Source: Torpedo marmorata (Eukaryota). Taken from it: 64,000 bases of DNA. Every line of letters begins with the position of its first letter. Position 1 is the first letter of the stretch. The notes below the pieces were generated by a model, which saw only the letters and a list, made by a program, of their open reading frames with translations, was not told where the DNA came from and did not search any database. This document shows positions 23,462 through 36,029 of this stretch, piece after piece. The position numbers were made by a program, and so were the translations under genes. The DNA lies in contig OZ360223.1 in assembly GCA_977017645.1 (NCBI GenBank), forward strand, positions 233,678,001 through 233,742,000. The letters run 5' to 3'.

Positions 23462-26158
23462 AGAATCAGAGGGGCAAGAGGGGTGGAGTTGCATTACTTG
23501 TTAGAGAAAATATCACAGCGGTGCTTAGGAACAATAGAATAGAAGGCTCATCCAGGGAGGCTATTTGGGTGGAGTTGAGGAATGAGAAAGGGGAAGTTAC
23601 ACTTTTTGGGGTGCATTATAGACCACCAAATGGGGAACGCGAACTATTGGAGCAAATTAGTAGGGAGATAGCAGATATTTGTAATAAGCACAGGGTAGTG
23701 ATTGTGGGGGACTTTAATTTTCCAAATATTGATTGGGAAACCCATTCCGTGAAAGGGCTGGATGGTTTGGAGTTTGTAAAATGTGTGCAGGATAGCATTT
23801 TACAGCAATATGTGGAGGTACATACTAGAGAGGGAGCTGTGTTGGATTTACTGTTGGGAAATGAGATAGGTCAGGTGACGGAGGTATGTGTTGGGGAGCA
23901 CTTCGGGTCCAGTGATCATAGTGCCATTAGATTCGATATAATTATGGAAAAGGATAGGTCTGGGCCCAGAGTTGAGGTTTTCGAGTGGGGAAAAGCTAGG
24001 TTTGAGGAGATGCGAAAGGATTTACAAGGGGTGGATTGGGACAATTTGTTTTCTGGGCAGGATGTAGGAGAGAAATGGAGGTCTTTTAAAGGAGAGATTT
24101 TAAGAGTACAAAATCTTTATATACCTGTTAGGTTGAAAGGTAAGGTCAAAAGTTTGAGAGAGCCATGGTTCTCAAGGGAGATTGGAAATTTGGTTCGAAA
24201 AAAGAGGGAGGGCTACAATAAATATAAGAAGCAGGAAAAAAAAGGAGATGTTCGGACACTATATTGAAAGTAAAAAGAATCTTTTAAGAAAGAAATTAGA
24301 AAAGCTAAAAGAAGGTATGAGGTGGCTATAGCAGGTAGGGTGAAAATAAATCCAAAGGGTTTCTATAAATATGTAAATAGCAAAAGGAAAGTGAGGAATA
24401 AAATTGGTCCCATAGAGAATCAGAGCGGACAAATGTGTGTGGAGCCAAAAGAGATGGGGGAGATCTTGAACAATTTCTTTTCCTCAGTATTTACTGAGGA
24501 GAAGGATATTGAACTGTGCAGGGTAAAGGAAGCAAAGGGGGTATATATGGAGACTATAGTGATTAAGAAAGAGGAAGTACTGAAGCTTTTGAAGCATATA
24601 AAGGTGGATAAGTCTCCAGGCCCTGACGGGATTTTCCCCAGGACCTTGAGAGGTTAGTGAGGAAATAGCGGAGGCTCTGGCAGTGATTTTTCAAATGTCA
24701 TTAGAGACGGGTATAGTACCGGAGGATTAGCGTGTTGCGCATGTGGTTCCTTTGTTTAAAAAGGGTTCGAGGAGCAAGCCTAGAAATTATCGGCCTGCAA
24801 GTTTGAAGTCTGTGGTGGGTAAATTAATGGAAAGCGTTCTTAGAAATAGTGTGTATAAGTATCTGGGAGACAGGGTCTGATCAGGGACACTCAACACGGA
24901 TTTGTGCGTGGAAGGTCATGTTTGACCAATCTTGTTGAATTTTTTGAAGAGGTGACTAGGAATGTTGATGAAGGGAGAGCAGTGGATGTTGTCTATATGG
25001 ACTTCAGTAAGGCCTTCGATAAGGTTCTGCATAGGAGGTTAGTTAGGAAGGCTCAGTTGTTAGGTATTAATTTGGAGATAGTCAATTGGATTCAACAGTG
25101 GCTGGAAGGAAGGTGCCAGAGAGTAGTAGTGGATAATTGTTTGTCAGGATGGAAGCCGGTGACAAGAGGTGTGCCTCAGGGTTCGGTATTGGGACCATTG
25201 CTGTTTGTCATATACATTAATGACCTGGAAGATGGAGCGGTAAATTGGATTAGTAAATATGCAGATGATACTAAAATAGGGGGAATTGTGGATGATGAAG
25301 AGGGTTTTCAAAGATTGCAGAGTGATTTGAACTGCTTAGAGGAGTGGGCTGAAAGATGGCAGATGGAGTTTAATGCTGATAAGTGTGAGGTGCTTCATTT
25401 TGGAAATAATAATCAAAGTAAGACATACATAGTAAATGGGAGGGTATTGAAGAATGCAGTGGAGCAGAAAGATCTAGGAATAACAGTGTATTGTTCCCTA
25501 AAGGTAGGATCGCATGTGGATAGGGTGGTGAAGAAGGCCTTTAGTGTGCTTGCCTATATAAATCAATGCTTAGAATATAGGAGTTGGGAAGTGATGATGA
25601 AACTGTACAAGGCCAAATTTGGAGTACTGTGTGCAGTTCTGGTCACCGAATTATAGGAAGGATATCAACAAAATAGAGAGAGTGCAGAGAAGATTTACAA
25701 GAATGTTGCCTGGGTTTCAGCATCTGGAATACAAAGAAAGATTGAACAAATTAGGTCTTTATTCGTTGGAACGTAGAAGGTTGAGAGGAGATTTGATAGA
25801 GGTATTTAAGATTATGAGGGGGATAGTTAGAGTTGATGTGGATAGACTTTTTCCATTGAGAGTAGGAGAGGTCATGGGTTGAGAGTTGACGGGAAAAGGT
25901 TCAGGAGTAACATGAGGGGGAACTTCTTTACTCAGAGAGTGGTTGATGTGTGGAATGGGCTTCCGGGAGAGGTGGTGGAGGCAGGGTCAATACTGTCATT
26001 TAAGGAAAAATTGGATAGGTATATGGATGGGAGGGGAATGGAGGGATATGGGAAGGGTGCTGGTAGGTGGGATTAGAGGAGGGTACTTGGATCGGTGCGG
26101 ACTAGAAGGGCCGAACTGGCCTGTTTCCGTGCTGTAGTTGTTATATGGTTATATGGTC
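23462..26158 (+). mobile_element. CR1/L3 LINE, 5'-truncated ORF2 (EN plus RT) with disablements
   Basis: GDFN, SDH, DFSKAFD, PQGSVLGP, YADD motifs and a (TTATATGG)n tail. Confidence 0.93.
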
Positions 26159-27175
26159 AGGAACAAGTCATGAAATTCGGTGTTTTGCGGCAGCATCACA
26201 GTGCAAACATTCATATTATAACCATCTTATGACATTACTATAAAAATATATATTTATAAATAATAGTGCACGAAAAGTAAGGCAGTGTCTTTGGTTGATT
26301 GATTATTCAAAAATCTGATGGCAGGGGGGAAGAAGCTGTCCTTGTGCCATTGAGTGCTCGTCTTTAGGCTCCTGTACCTTTTTCCCCGATGGTAGCAGAG
26401 TGAAGAGGGCATGGCCTGGGTGGTGGGGGTCTTTGAGGTCAGAGGCTGCTTTTTTAAGACACCGCCTCATGTAGATGTCCTCGATGGAGTGAAGTCACAG
26501 GCCAAGTTAACAACCCTCAGGAGTTTATTCTTGTCCTGAGAGTTGGCGCTTCCATACCAGACAGTGATGCAACCAGCCGGAATGCTCTCCACAGTACACC
26601 TGTATAAGTTTACGAGAGTCTTCGGTGACATACCGAATCTCCTCAGACACCTCATAAAGTATAGCCGCTGGCGAGCCTTCTTTGTGATTGCATCAACGTG
26701 GAGGCTCCAGGACAGATCCTCGGAGATGTTGACACCCAGCAATTTGAAGTTCTTGACCCTCTCCACCACTAAGCCCTCGATGAGGACTGGGTCGTGTTCC
26801 CCTGAATTCCTCGTGAAGTCCACAATCATCTCCTTGGTTTTGCTGATGTTGAGCGCAAGGTTGTTGTCGTTACACCATTCAACGAGCTGATCTATCTCCC
26901 TCCTGTACACTTCCTCATTGCCATTTGTGATTCTGCCGACAACTGTGGTGTCATCGGCAAACTTGTAGATGGCATTGGAATTGTGCCTGGCCACACAGTC
27001 ATGGGTGTATAACGAGTAGAGCAGTGGACTAAGCACGCATCCTTGGGGTGCGCCTGTGTTGATAATCAGTGAGGAGGAGACGTTGTTTCCAATTCGTACT
27101 GACTGTGGTCTTCCGATGAGAAAGTCAAGGATCCAGTTGCAGAGTGGGGTACAGAGGCCTAGAGTTTGTAGCTTC
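26159..27175 (-). mobile_element. Rex1/Babar LINE fragment, cut by the adjacent L1
   Basis: Near-identical to 17090-18100 in reverse, with [10 protein letters not shown]. Confidence 0.9.
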
Positions 27176-30100
27176 TTTTTTTTTTTTTTTATTTATAATT
27201 TTATTTAATTTTTTAAAATCACAAAATACATATATCAAAAAAAAATAATATATTATTGAAAATACATGTGATATATTACCACCCCCCTTCCCACCCTCCC
27301 CTCCCCAACCCTCCCACGCTATCTAATAAAAAAAAAAGAAAAAATAGAATATAAAAATGTTAGTTAAAAGAAAAGAAATAGATTGAATAATAAAGTTAAG
27401 AAAGTTAGTGTTAGTGTGAGGAGAAAACTATTTCAAGCTAACTCTACTTATATATTGGAGGTTACTTTGTCAGCGGTACTAACTTCTAGAGAATTAATTC
27501 ATACCCATAATTCTCATATATGGGCTCCATATTTTCAGAAAGAAATGATATTTATCTCGTAAATTATACGTAATTTTTTCCAATGGTATACACGAGCGTA
27601 ACTCTGCATGTAATCTATCCAAATTTAAATCTAAGTCTGATTTCCAAGTAATAGCAATACATTTTTTTGAAATTGCTAACACAATTCGTAAAAATTCTAT
27701 TTGATACATGATCAATCTATTTCTAATACTGATTTTTTAATATCTCCAAACAGAAATATCATAGGGTCCATTGGAATCGTAATATTAAGAATTCTATCTA
27801 AAAAATCCTTGACTTTAGACCAAAAAATTTTAATTTTCAAACACGACCATGTACAATGTACAAAAGAACCTATTTCATCTTTACATCTAAAACACATATC
27901 TGACAATGCCGAATTGAATTTCTTTAATTTTTTAGGTGTTATATATAATTGATGAAAAAATTATATTGTACTAATCTATATCTAACATTAATAATCTTAG
28001 TCATACTCAATTTACATAGTTCTTTCCAGTGTTGTTCATCTATACTAGTATTTAGATCTGATTCCCAATTTAATCTAGATTTATGTAGTCCTACTTTAAG
28101 CATTTTTTTCTGACGTAATTTATACATTTGCGATATAAATTTGTTAACATTTCCATTAGTAATTAATAACTCTAACCCATCTTGTCTAGGGGATATTAAT
28201 TGATTCCCTAATTTCTCAACTAAAAATCCTTTAACTTGATAATAAGCCAAAATTGTATTATCCATTATTCCAAATTTTTCTTTCAATCTAGAAAAAGTAA
28301 CAAATCTTCCTGCCTCAAAACAATCTTTGATCTTCTTAATTCCTTTTTGATACCATAATTTTAAAAATTGATTATCAATAGAAAATGGTAATAATAAATT
28401 CTGATATAATGGCATATTTAAAGAAATTGATCCTTTTCATCCTATTTCATTATCTAATTGATTCCAAATTTCCAATAGATGTTTAATAATCGGTGACTTT
28501 TTCTTTTTAATCAATAATAATTTAGAATTCCATTTATAAATAATATCTTCCTTATTTCTTTCTCCTATATTACTCAATTCTATATTAATCCAAGCCGTAT
28601 TTTTAGTTAAATCAAATAGTTCATTTATAAATTTTAATTGTGCTGCCTTATAATAATATTGAAAATTAGGGAGTTGTAATCCACCCATTTCGTATTCCCA
28701 AGTTAATTTATCTATACTTACTCTTGCCAATTTTCCTTTCCATAAAAACTTTCTAATAATAATTTTTAAATCTTTAAAAAATTTTTGAGGAATACCAAAA
28801 GGTATAGATTGAAAAAGATATTGAACTCTTGGAAAAATATTCATTTTAATACAATTCACTCTTCCCATTAAAGTTATGGGTAAATCTTTCCAATTATCCA
28901 AATCCTTCTTTATTTTCTGAAATAAAGGTATGTAATTTAATTTATATAAATTTTCTAACTTTGTATCCACTTTAACTCCCAAATATTTAATAGCTTCTTT
29001 AGCCCATTTAAATTTTGTAACTTCTTTACACTTAGTATAGTCTCCTTGAGATAAAGCCATTATCTCACTTTTATCCGAATTAATTTTATATCCAGATATT
29101 TCACCATAATCCCTCAATATTTTATCTAATTGTTGAAGTGATTTAATAGACTTTGTCATATATATTAATACATCATCTGCAAACAAACTAATTTTATGCT
29201 CTTCTACACCTACTTTTATCCCATTTATATTAATATCTTTCCTAATCATTTCCGCCAACGGTTCTATTGCCAATACAAATAAAGCAGGTGACAATGGACA
29301 TCCTTGTCTTGTTGACCGCGTCAAAGAGAATTTAGATGATATTTGACCATTTGTAATTACTCTGGCTGTAGGTTCCTTATATATAGTCTTAATCCAGTTT
29401 ATAAACGTATTTCCAAATCCATATTTCTCTAAAACCTTAAATAAAAACTTCCATTCTACTCTATCAAATGCTTTTTCTGCATCTAATGCTATCACTAACG
29501 GCAAATCCTGTTTCTTTTTTTGTAAATTAATCAAACTTATTAATCTTGCTATATTATCCTTTGAATATCTATTTTTGATAAATCCTGCTTGATCTGGATG
29601 TATTAAAAATGGTAAAAACTTAGCTAGTCTATTTGTCAAGATTTTTGCCATTAATTTATAATCTACATTTAACAATGATATAGGCCTATACGATTCAGTT
29701 TTTAATACATCTCTATCCTTCTTTGGTATAACTGTAATAATAGCATTTAAAAATGTTTTCGGTAATGAATGAGTTTCCTTTATTTGAGTTAATACTTCCA
29801 TATATATAGGTATCAATAAATCTTTAAACTTCTTATAAAACTCTACCGGAAATCCATCATCACCGGGAGATTTACCACTATTCAATGATGATAAAGCCTC
29901 ACCTACTTCTCTCATTGTAATTGGTAAATCTAACAAATCTCTATTAAAACTATTTAATTTGGGCAATGTAATTTTGGCTAAAAAATCATCAATTTTAACA
30001 ACATCTTGATTCATTTGCGAAGTATATAAATTTTGATAATACTCTTTAAATTAATTATTTATTTCTTGAGGTTTATAAGTTATTTCTCCAGTACTTTTCT

Positions 30101-30570
30101 TTATAGCATTTATAGTTTTAGAAACTTGTTCTTTCTTTAATTGCCATGCTAAAACTTTATGTGCTCTTTCTCCCAATTCATAATATCTTTGCTTTGTTCT
30201 ACCAATTAATTTTTCTATTTTTCGAGTTTGTAATATATTATAATGTAATTTTTTCCCAATTAAACGTTGTCTCTTAAAAATTGTTTTATTTCTTTGAAAA
30301 TCTTTTTCCATAACTTCAATTTCTCCCTCCAGTTTTTCTTCTTCTTTCACATAATCTTTTCTGATTTTTGCCGAAAAGCTTATTATCAATCCTCTTAAAT
30401 ATGCTTTTAAAGATTCCCAAATTATAAACTTATCCTCAACTGAATTATTATTAATTCTGAATTCCTGAATTTCTTTCTTATATATTCACAGAAATCTTTT
30501 CTATTTAATAAAGAAGAGTCTAATCTCCAGTTATATACAGTTTTTTCTTTCTCTGGAATTATACATGTGA
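27176..30570 (-). mobile_element. 5'-truncated L1/Tx1-group LINE (same AT-rich family as 13489)
   Basis: 525-aa RT ORF (YRPISLLN, DAEKAFD, RQGCPLSP, FADD) and poly(A) at 27176-27190. No TSD found. Confidence 0.92.
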
Positions 30571-30618
30571 GTACGCACGCAGGCACTAATGTCACTGATG
30601 GTACCCGGTAAGTCAAGT

Positions 30619-30805
30619 AGACCATTCACACCGCCAGAAGGCGATTAGTGAGTTAACTCGGCTGGGCTCTGATACTTGCCCCCACCATGTATCAAAGCCC
30701 AGTTGAAATTGACTTGCCTTGCCGGGTTATGTCTTTTCACACCGCACAATTCTTCCCTCCAATTTGGAGGGTTAACTCACATGTAATCGGCGGTGTGAAA
30801 AGGCC
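30619..30805. mobile_element. Probable PIF/Harbinger-type MITE remnant
   Basis: Ends in GCGGTGTGAAAAGGCC followed by TAA. Internal TTCACACCGC copies and short palindromes. Confidence 0.5.
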
Positions 30806-31537
30806 TAATGATTTTTTAAAAATCCTTTTGCGGCCCCTGGGAAGGACAGCCTGTGAAAACATGTAACCACGTATGTTCAAAAAACGTTCTGGAGGTTCTG
30901 GATCACTGCATCAGGGCGTGCAGAAGATCAAGCTGCAATCTCCACACTGGATAAATGACAAATTAAATAATGGTCTGAATTATGACAACTCCAGCCCATC
31001 GCTCAGGGAACTTTTTGGAGCGAGGCCAATGCAGCAACAAGGCCTCAGACGAGGCTGCTAAGGCCCCTGTTCAGGAGTCTGCTGTCAAGATTCTTTTAAA
31101 AGATATTTTAAATATCTCTGATAATCAGAGATGTTTAAAAGGGAATATTTGGAGAGGAAAGTACAATCTGGGAAGGTACAATAATGGCAATCATAAATAA
31201 TAACAGAAAATGCTGGAATTGCTCAGAGGTCTGGCTACATCTATGAAGAGAAAGACTGATCCAAAAATATAAGGAAGGCATGTGATAGGGCTCCATATTC
31301 ATTTATCATGGAAGGTTTTGCAAAATAACCCTGAGCATCCCTTCCAAGTATGCTCACCTCTTTCTGCTAAATAATTCTGATGCTAACCTGTTAGTTTGGA
31401 TGTACCCAATCATACACCAACTATTTAGTGGGGAAAAGCCTCCATACCTCATCCTGCCCAGGTCAGAGCAGCTACTGAGATTATTACAACCAAAATATAA
31501 TGCATTTTAATCTTGCAAGTCATTAGTTTTTGAAAAA

Positions 31538-33350
31538 GTGACAAAGGTGTTTGATGAGGGTATGACAGTGGGTGTTGTCTACATGGAATTCAGTAAAGAA
31601 TTTGATGAAGTCTTCCATGGTAGGCTGATCAAAAAAAATAAAGCATGTGCGATCCACAACAAGGTGGTAAATTGGATACTAAATTGGTATTGTCATAGAA
31701 TACAGAAGGTAGCTGTGGAGGAATGTTTCTCTGACAGGAGGTCTGCAATCAGTGGTGTTCTGCAAATAATAAATATCAGTGCTGGGAGCTTTCTTGGTTC
31801 CCTGAAAGTGGCAACAGTTGGCTGGGTGGTAAAGATCATAGGAGCAGAAGTAGGCCATTTGGCCCATTGAGTCTGCTCCACCATTCCATCATGAGCTGAT
31901 CCATTCTCCCACTCAACCCCACTCCCCTGCCTTCTCCCCATAATCTTTGATATCCTGACTTTTTTTTTTTTTTTTTTTTTTAAATTATTTTATTTAAATT
32001 TTTAAAATCACATAATACATAATTCAGAATCCAAAATATATAATTCCAAAATACAGTGATATAAATTTCCTCCCCCCACTCCCTCCCACCCCTCCCCAAC
32101 CCCCCAGTCCCACTATACTAAAAATAAAATAGATAAAGAAAAAAAAAGAGAAAAAGAGAAAGAGATTAATAATGAGGAGAGAGCCATCTAAAAACTAATT
32201 CTAATCTGGAGGTTAAACTCGCCAATAGACCTAGTTCCCAAAAAATTTCAAATCCTCAAACCCATAACCCTCATGTATGGGCTCCAAATTTTTAAAAATA
32301 AATGATATTTATTCCGTAAATTATAGGTAATTTTTTCCAAAGGAATACATGAACGAAGTTCTGCATGCCATCTATCTAAATTCAAATCTAAATCTGATTT
32401 CCAAGTAATAGCGATACATTTTTTTGAAACCGCTAAAACAATACGTAAAAACTCTACCTGATACATATTCAATCTGTTCCTAATACTAAATTTTCTTTGA
32501 TATCCTGACTATTCAGATACCTATCAATCTCTGCCTTAACGACTTGGCCTCCACAGCCGCCCGTGGCAGCAAATTCCAGAGGTTCACCACTCTCTGGCGA
32601 AAGAAATTCCTCTGCATCTCTGTTTTAAATAGGTGCCCTTCAATCCTGAAGTTGTGCCCTATTATCCTAGACTCCCCTAACATGGGGAAACAACTTTGCC
32701 ACATCTTCTCTGTCCAGGCCTTTCAACATTCAAAATGCTTCTACAAGGTCCCCCTCATTCTTCTCGACTCCAAGTAGTACAGTCCAAGAGCTGTCAAACC
32801 TTCCTCATGTGCTCATCCCTTTTTCCAAGAATTATTCTTGTGAATCTTCTCTGAACCCTCTCCAATGCAAATGGCATAAAACATGTTTGCCTTTGTTGAT
32901 TTAGGCATCAGGTTGGGAGGTCAAGTTGTGGCTGCATAAAACTTTGGCCAGGCCACAATTGAAGTACGATATGCAGTTATGATTGCCACACTACAGGGAG
33001 GATGTGGACACTTTGTGGCGAAAGTTCACCAGGATGCTGCCTTGATTATATTAGTTATGAGCAGAGGTTCAGCAAACTTGGATTTTTTTTCCTCTGGAGT
33101 ATCAGAGACTAAGACCTGATAGGAAGATATAAAATAAAGAGAGTCACAGATAGGGGAGACAGTCAGAGCCTTTTAACCCCCTCCCCACCCCCCCAACCCC
33201 CAAAGATGGAAATGTGAAATATCAGAGATATTAAGGCAAGACAAGTTTAAACAGGATTTGCAAGGTGAAGTTTGTTTCAATCCCACAGACAATGGTAGGA
33301 GCCTGAAATGCACTGCCAGGGAAGGTATAGAAGCAGATACAATAGCAACA
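31538..33350 (+). mobile_element. Old CR1 remnant hosting a younger minus-strand CR1 3' fragment (about 31834-32868)
   Basis: VVYMEFSKEFDEV motif. Sequence resumes after 32870. The inner fragment has NFFRQRVVNLWN on the minus strand. Confidence 0.7.
31961..32493 (-). mobile_element. Short L1 3' fragment
   Basis: Poly(A), ORF2 end KKCIAITWK...EKITY and 17-bp TSD TCTTTGATATCCTGACT at 31944-31960 and 32494-32510. Confidence 0.92.
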
Positions 33351-34653
33351 TCAGAATCAGAATCAGAATTTATTGTCATGAACAAGTCATGAAATTCGGT
33401 GTTTTGCGGCAGCATCAGAGTGCAATTAACATTTATATTAACCATTCTAACGACATTACTATAAAAAAATTTATAAACAATAGTGCATGAAAAGTAAGGT
33501 TCATTGATTATTCAGGAATCTGATGGCAGCGGGGAAGAAGCTGTCCTTGTGCCGTTGAGTGCTCGTCTTTAGGCTCCTGTACCTTTTCCCCGATGGAAGC
33601 AGAGTGAAGAGGGCATGGCCTGGGTGGTGGGGGTCCTTGAGGATAGAGGCTGCTTTTTTAAGACACCGCCTCATGTAGATGTCCTCGATGGAGTGAAGTT
33701 TGGTGCCTGTGATGTCACAGGCCGAGTTAACAACCTTCTGGAGTTTACTCTTGTCCTGGGAGTTGGTGCCACCATACCAGGCAGTGATGCAACCAGCCAG
33801 AATGCTCTCCACGGTACACCTGTAGAAGTTTACGAGAGTCTTTGGTGACATACCGAATCTCCGCAAACACCTCACAAAGTATAGCAGCTGACGAGCCTTC
33901 TTTGAGATTGCATCCACATGGATGCTCCAGGACAGATCCTCGGAGATGTTGACACCCAGGAATTTGAAGTTCTTGACCCTCTCCACGACTGAGCCCTCGA
34001 TGAGGACTGGGTCGTGTTCTCCTGACTTCCTCCGGAAGTCCACAATCATCTCCTTGGTTTTGCTGACGTTGAGCTCAAGGTTGTTGTCATTACACCACTC
34101 AACGAGCTGATCTATCTCCCTCCTGTACGCTTCCTCATTGCCGTTTGTGATTCTGCCGACAACTGTGGTGTCATCGGCAAACTTGTATATGGCATTGGAA
34201 TTGTGCCTGGCCACACAGTCATAAGTGTATAACGAGTAGAGCAGTGGACTAAGCATGCATCCTTGGGGAGCGCCTGTGTTGATAATCAGTGAGGAGGAGA
34301 CGTTGTTTCCAATTCGTACTGACTGTGGTCTTCCGATGAGAAAGTCAAGGATCCAGTTGCAGAGGGGGGTACAGAGGCCTAGAGTTTGTAGCTTCTTGAC
34401 CAGCACTGAGGGAATAATGGTATTGAAGGCCGAGCTGTAGTCAGAATCAGAATTTATTGTCATGAAATTCAGTGTTTTGCAGCAGCATCATAGTGCAAAC
34501 ATTCATCTTACGACATTACTATATAAAAAAATATATAAATAATAGTGCATGAAAAAGTTGATGAAGAGCAGCCGTATGTATGAATTACTGTTTTCGAGGT
34601 GATCCAGAGCTGAGTGGAGAGCCAGCGATATTGCATCTGCTGTGGAGCGATTG
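33351..34653 (-). mobile_element. Rex1/Babar LINE, 5'-truncated, containing an extra copy of its own 3' tail (34441-34557)
   Basis: 320-aa RT ORF and (TCTGAT)n tail. The ORF resumes at 34558 (LLFI|DYSSAF). Confidence 0.9.
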
Positions 34654-35059
34654 ATGACATTTTGACCACTTGCAATACCGATTAATGTAATTAGCTCTGT
34701 CGTGGCCAACTGCTCTTTGTCTAAGTGCTCACAACTGGAATTAAGTTGTCAGCAAAACTAGAGCATTACAAACCATGGAACCACAAACCTAATTACAGAA
34801 AGAGTATGAATGTCATTCAAAGAGATGTTTAAAGAAAATCTGAATGTCAGAGACCAAGTGTGAAAATAAAGTCAATGAAATTGCATATTTATGAATTCTA
34901 GTTAATTTTAATGCTATCAAAATGTTCAGATTTAGAAAAATTACACCATTACATCCTTTTCATCAATATTTGAATAATCTGATTTGTTATCAAGATAAAT
35001 TGAAGTATTATTCCTTATAATTCTTTTTCAATAGCACCAAGTGAAAGCACATTTATACA

Positions 35060-35482
35060 GTAAACCAACTTAACCAGAACTAAATCTGAAAGGTTTTATT
35101 GCAGCATTGAACTGCAGGCCTATTGTACAAAAGGATTACATTTTTATTTTTCTGTGACTGCTCTCTTTTCAAATCTTATATCTATCATTTATCTATAGCT
35201 GCACTTTCATTTGTAATTTCTAATTTTCTAACAAAACCTGCACAAGTTACTTTATTTATCTGAAGAACATTGGCAGGATTTAAGTTATGTATAATTGTAG
35301 GATCATCTTCCACTGTATAAAAGGAACATTTCAAAAAGCATTTGGAGATTAAACTCCAACATGGGTTTGCTAATTACCAGTTTGCTGTCCATGATATACT
35401 TGAATATAGGAAAATGTAATCAGTCAATTCCAATCATTTAAACCATTGTAGAAATAAGATTTTAACATGAATAGAGATCAAA
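35060..35482 (-). other. BRDT: Probable BRDT 3' UTR
   Basis: AT-rich, repeat-free sequence after the stop codon. Minus-strand AATAAA candidates lie near 35251, 35144 and 35095. The true end is unknown. Confidence 0.5.
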
Positions 35483-35566
35483 TTAGTGCCAAGGTTTTGA
35501 ATCCAGATTTTCTTCAAATGTTGCCATAATATCACTCTGTAAATTCATGTCAAAGGTTGTTGCCAT
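35483..35566 (-). CDS. BRDT: BRDT-like terminal coding exon, MATTFDMNLQSDIMATFEENLDSKPWH* (P-TEFb-interacting C-terminal motif)
   Basis: ccttttacag acceptor. DMxxQSDIMxxFExN matches the BRDT/BRD4 CTM. TAA stop at 35485-35483. Confidence 0.88.
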   Translation of the reverse strand: MATTFDMNLQSDIMATFEENLDSKPWH

Positions 35567-36029
35567 CTGTAAAAGGATGGGAATACATTTGTGAATAACA
35601 TTAATCTCCAACAACTCTAATTCCTAAATTTCCCATGGAGAAAAGCATTCCTGGTGGAAAGGTGTTCTCTTTCAAGCAAAGTAATTATTTGGGAATAAAA
35701 GGAACAATTTGAAATTTCTGCAACTGCTACAAAATTCAGATTGAATTTCCAAATGATAGTTTAAATTATTGGTTGAAAAAAGTTTTGGAGGCTATTTATG
35801 AAGAATTTTTACTGTTGTTACATTATTCTCATAATACTTGGCAGTTAATGTCTCTATCACTCAGGTTTTAATCAGGTGTTTGCCTTCTGTAAAATTAAAA
35901 TTGCTCCATGTTTTAAATAGCAAAATCAAGGTTATACAAGCTAGAAATAGAGGATGATTTTAACAAGGTATGTATTATATCCATTAGGGTTAATTAGTTT
36001 AGTTTTGTTGGTCAGTTCCTGACAGTTTA

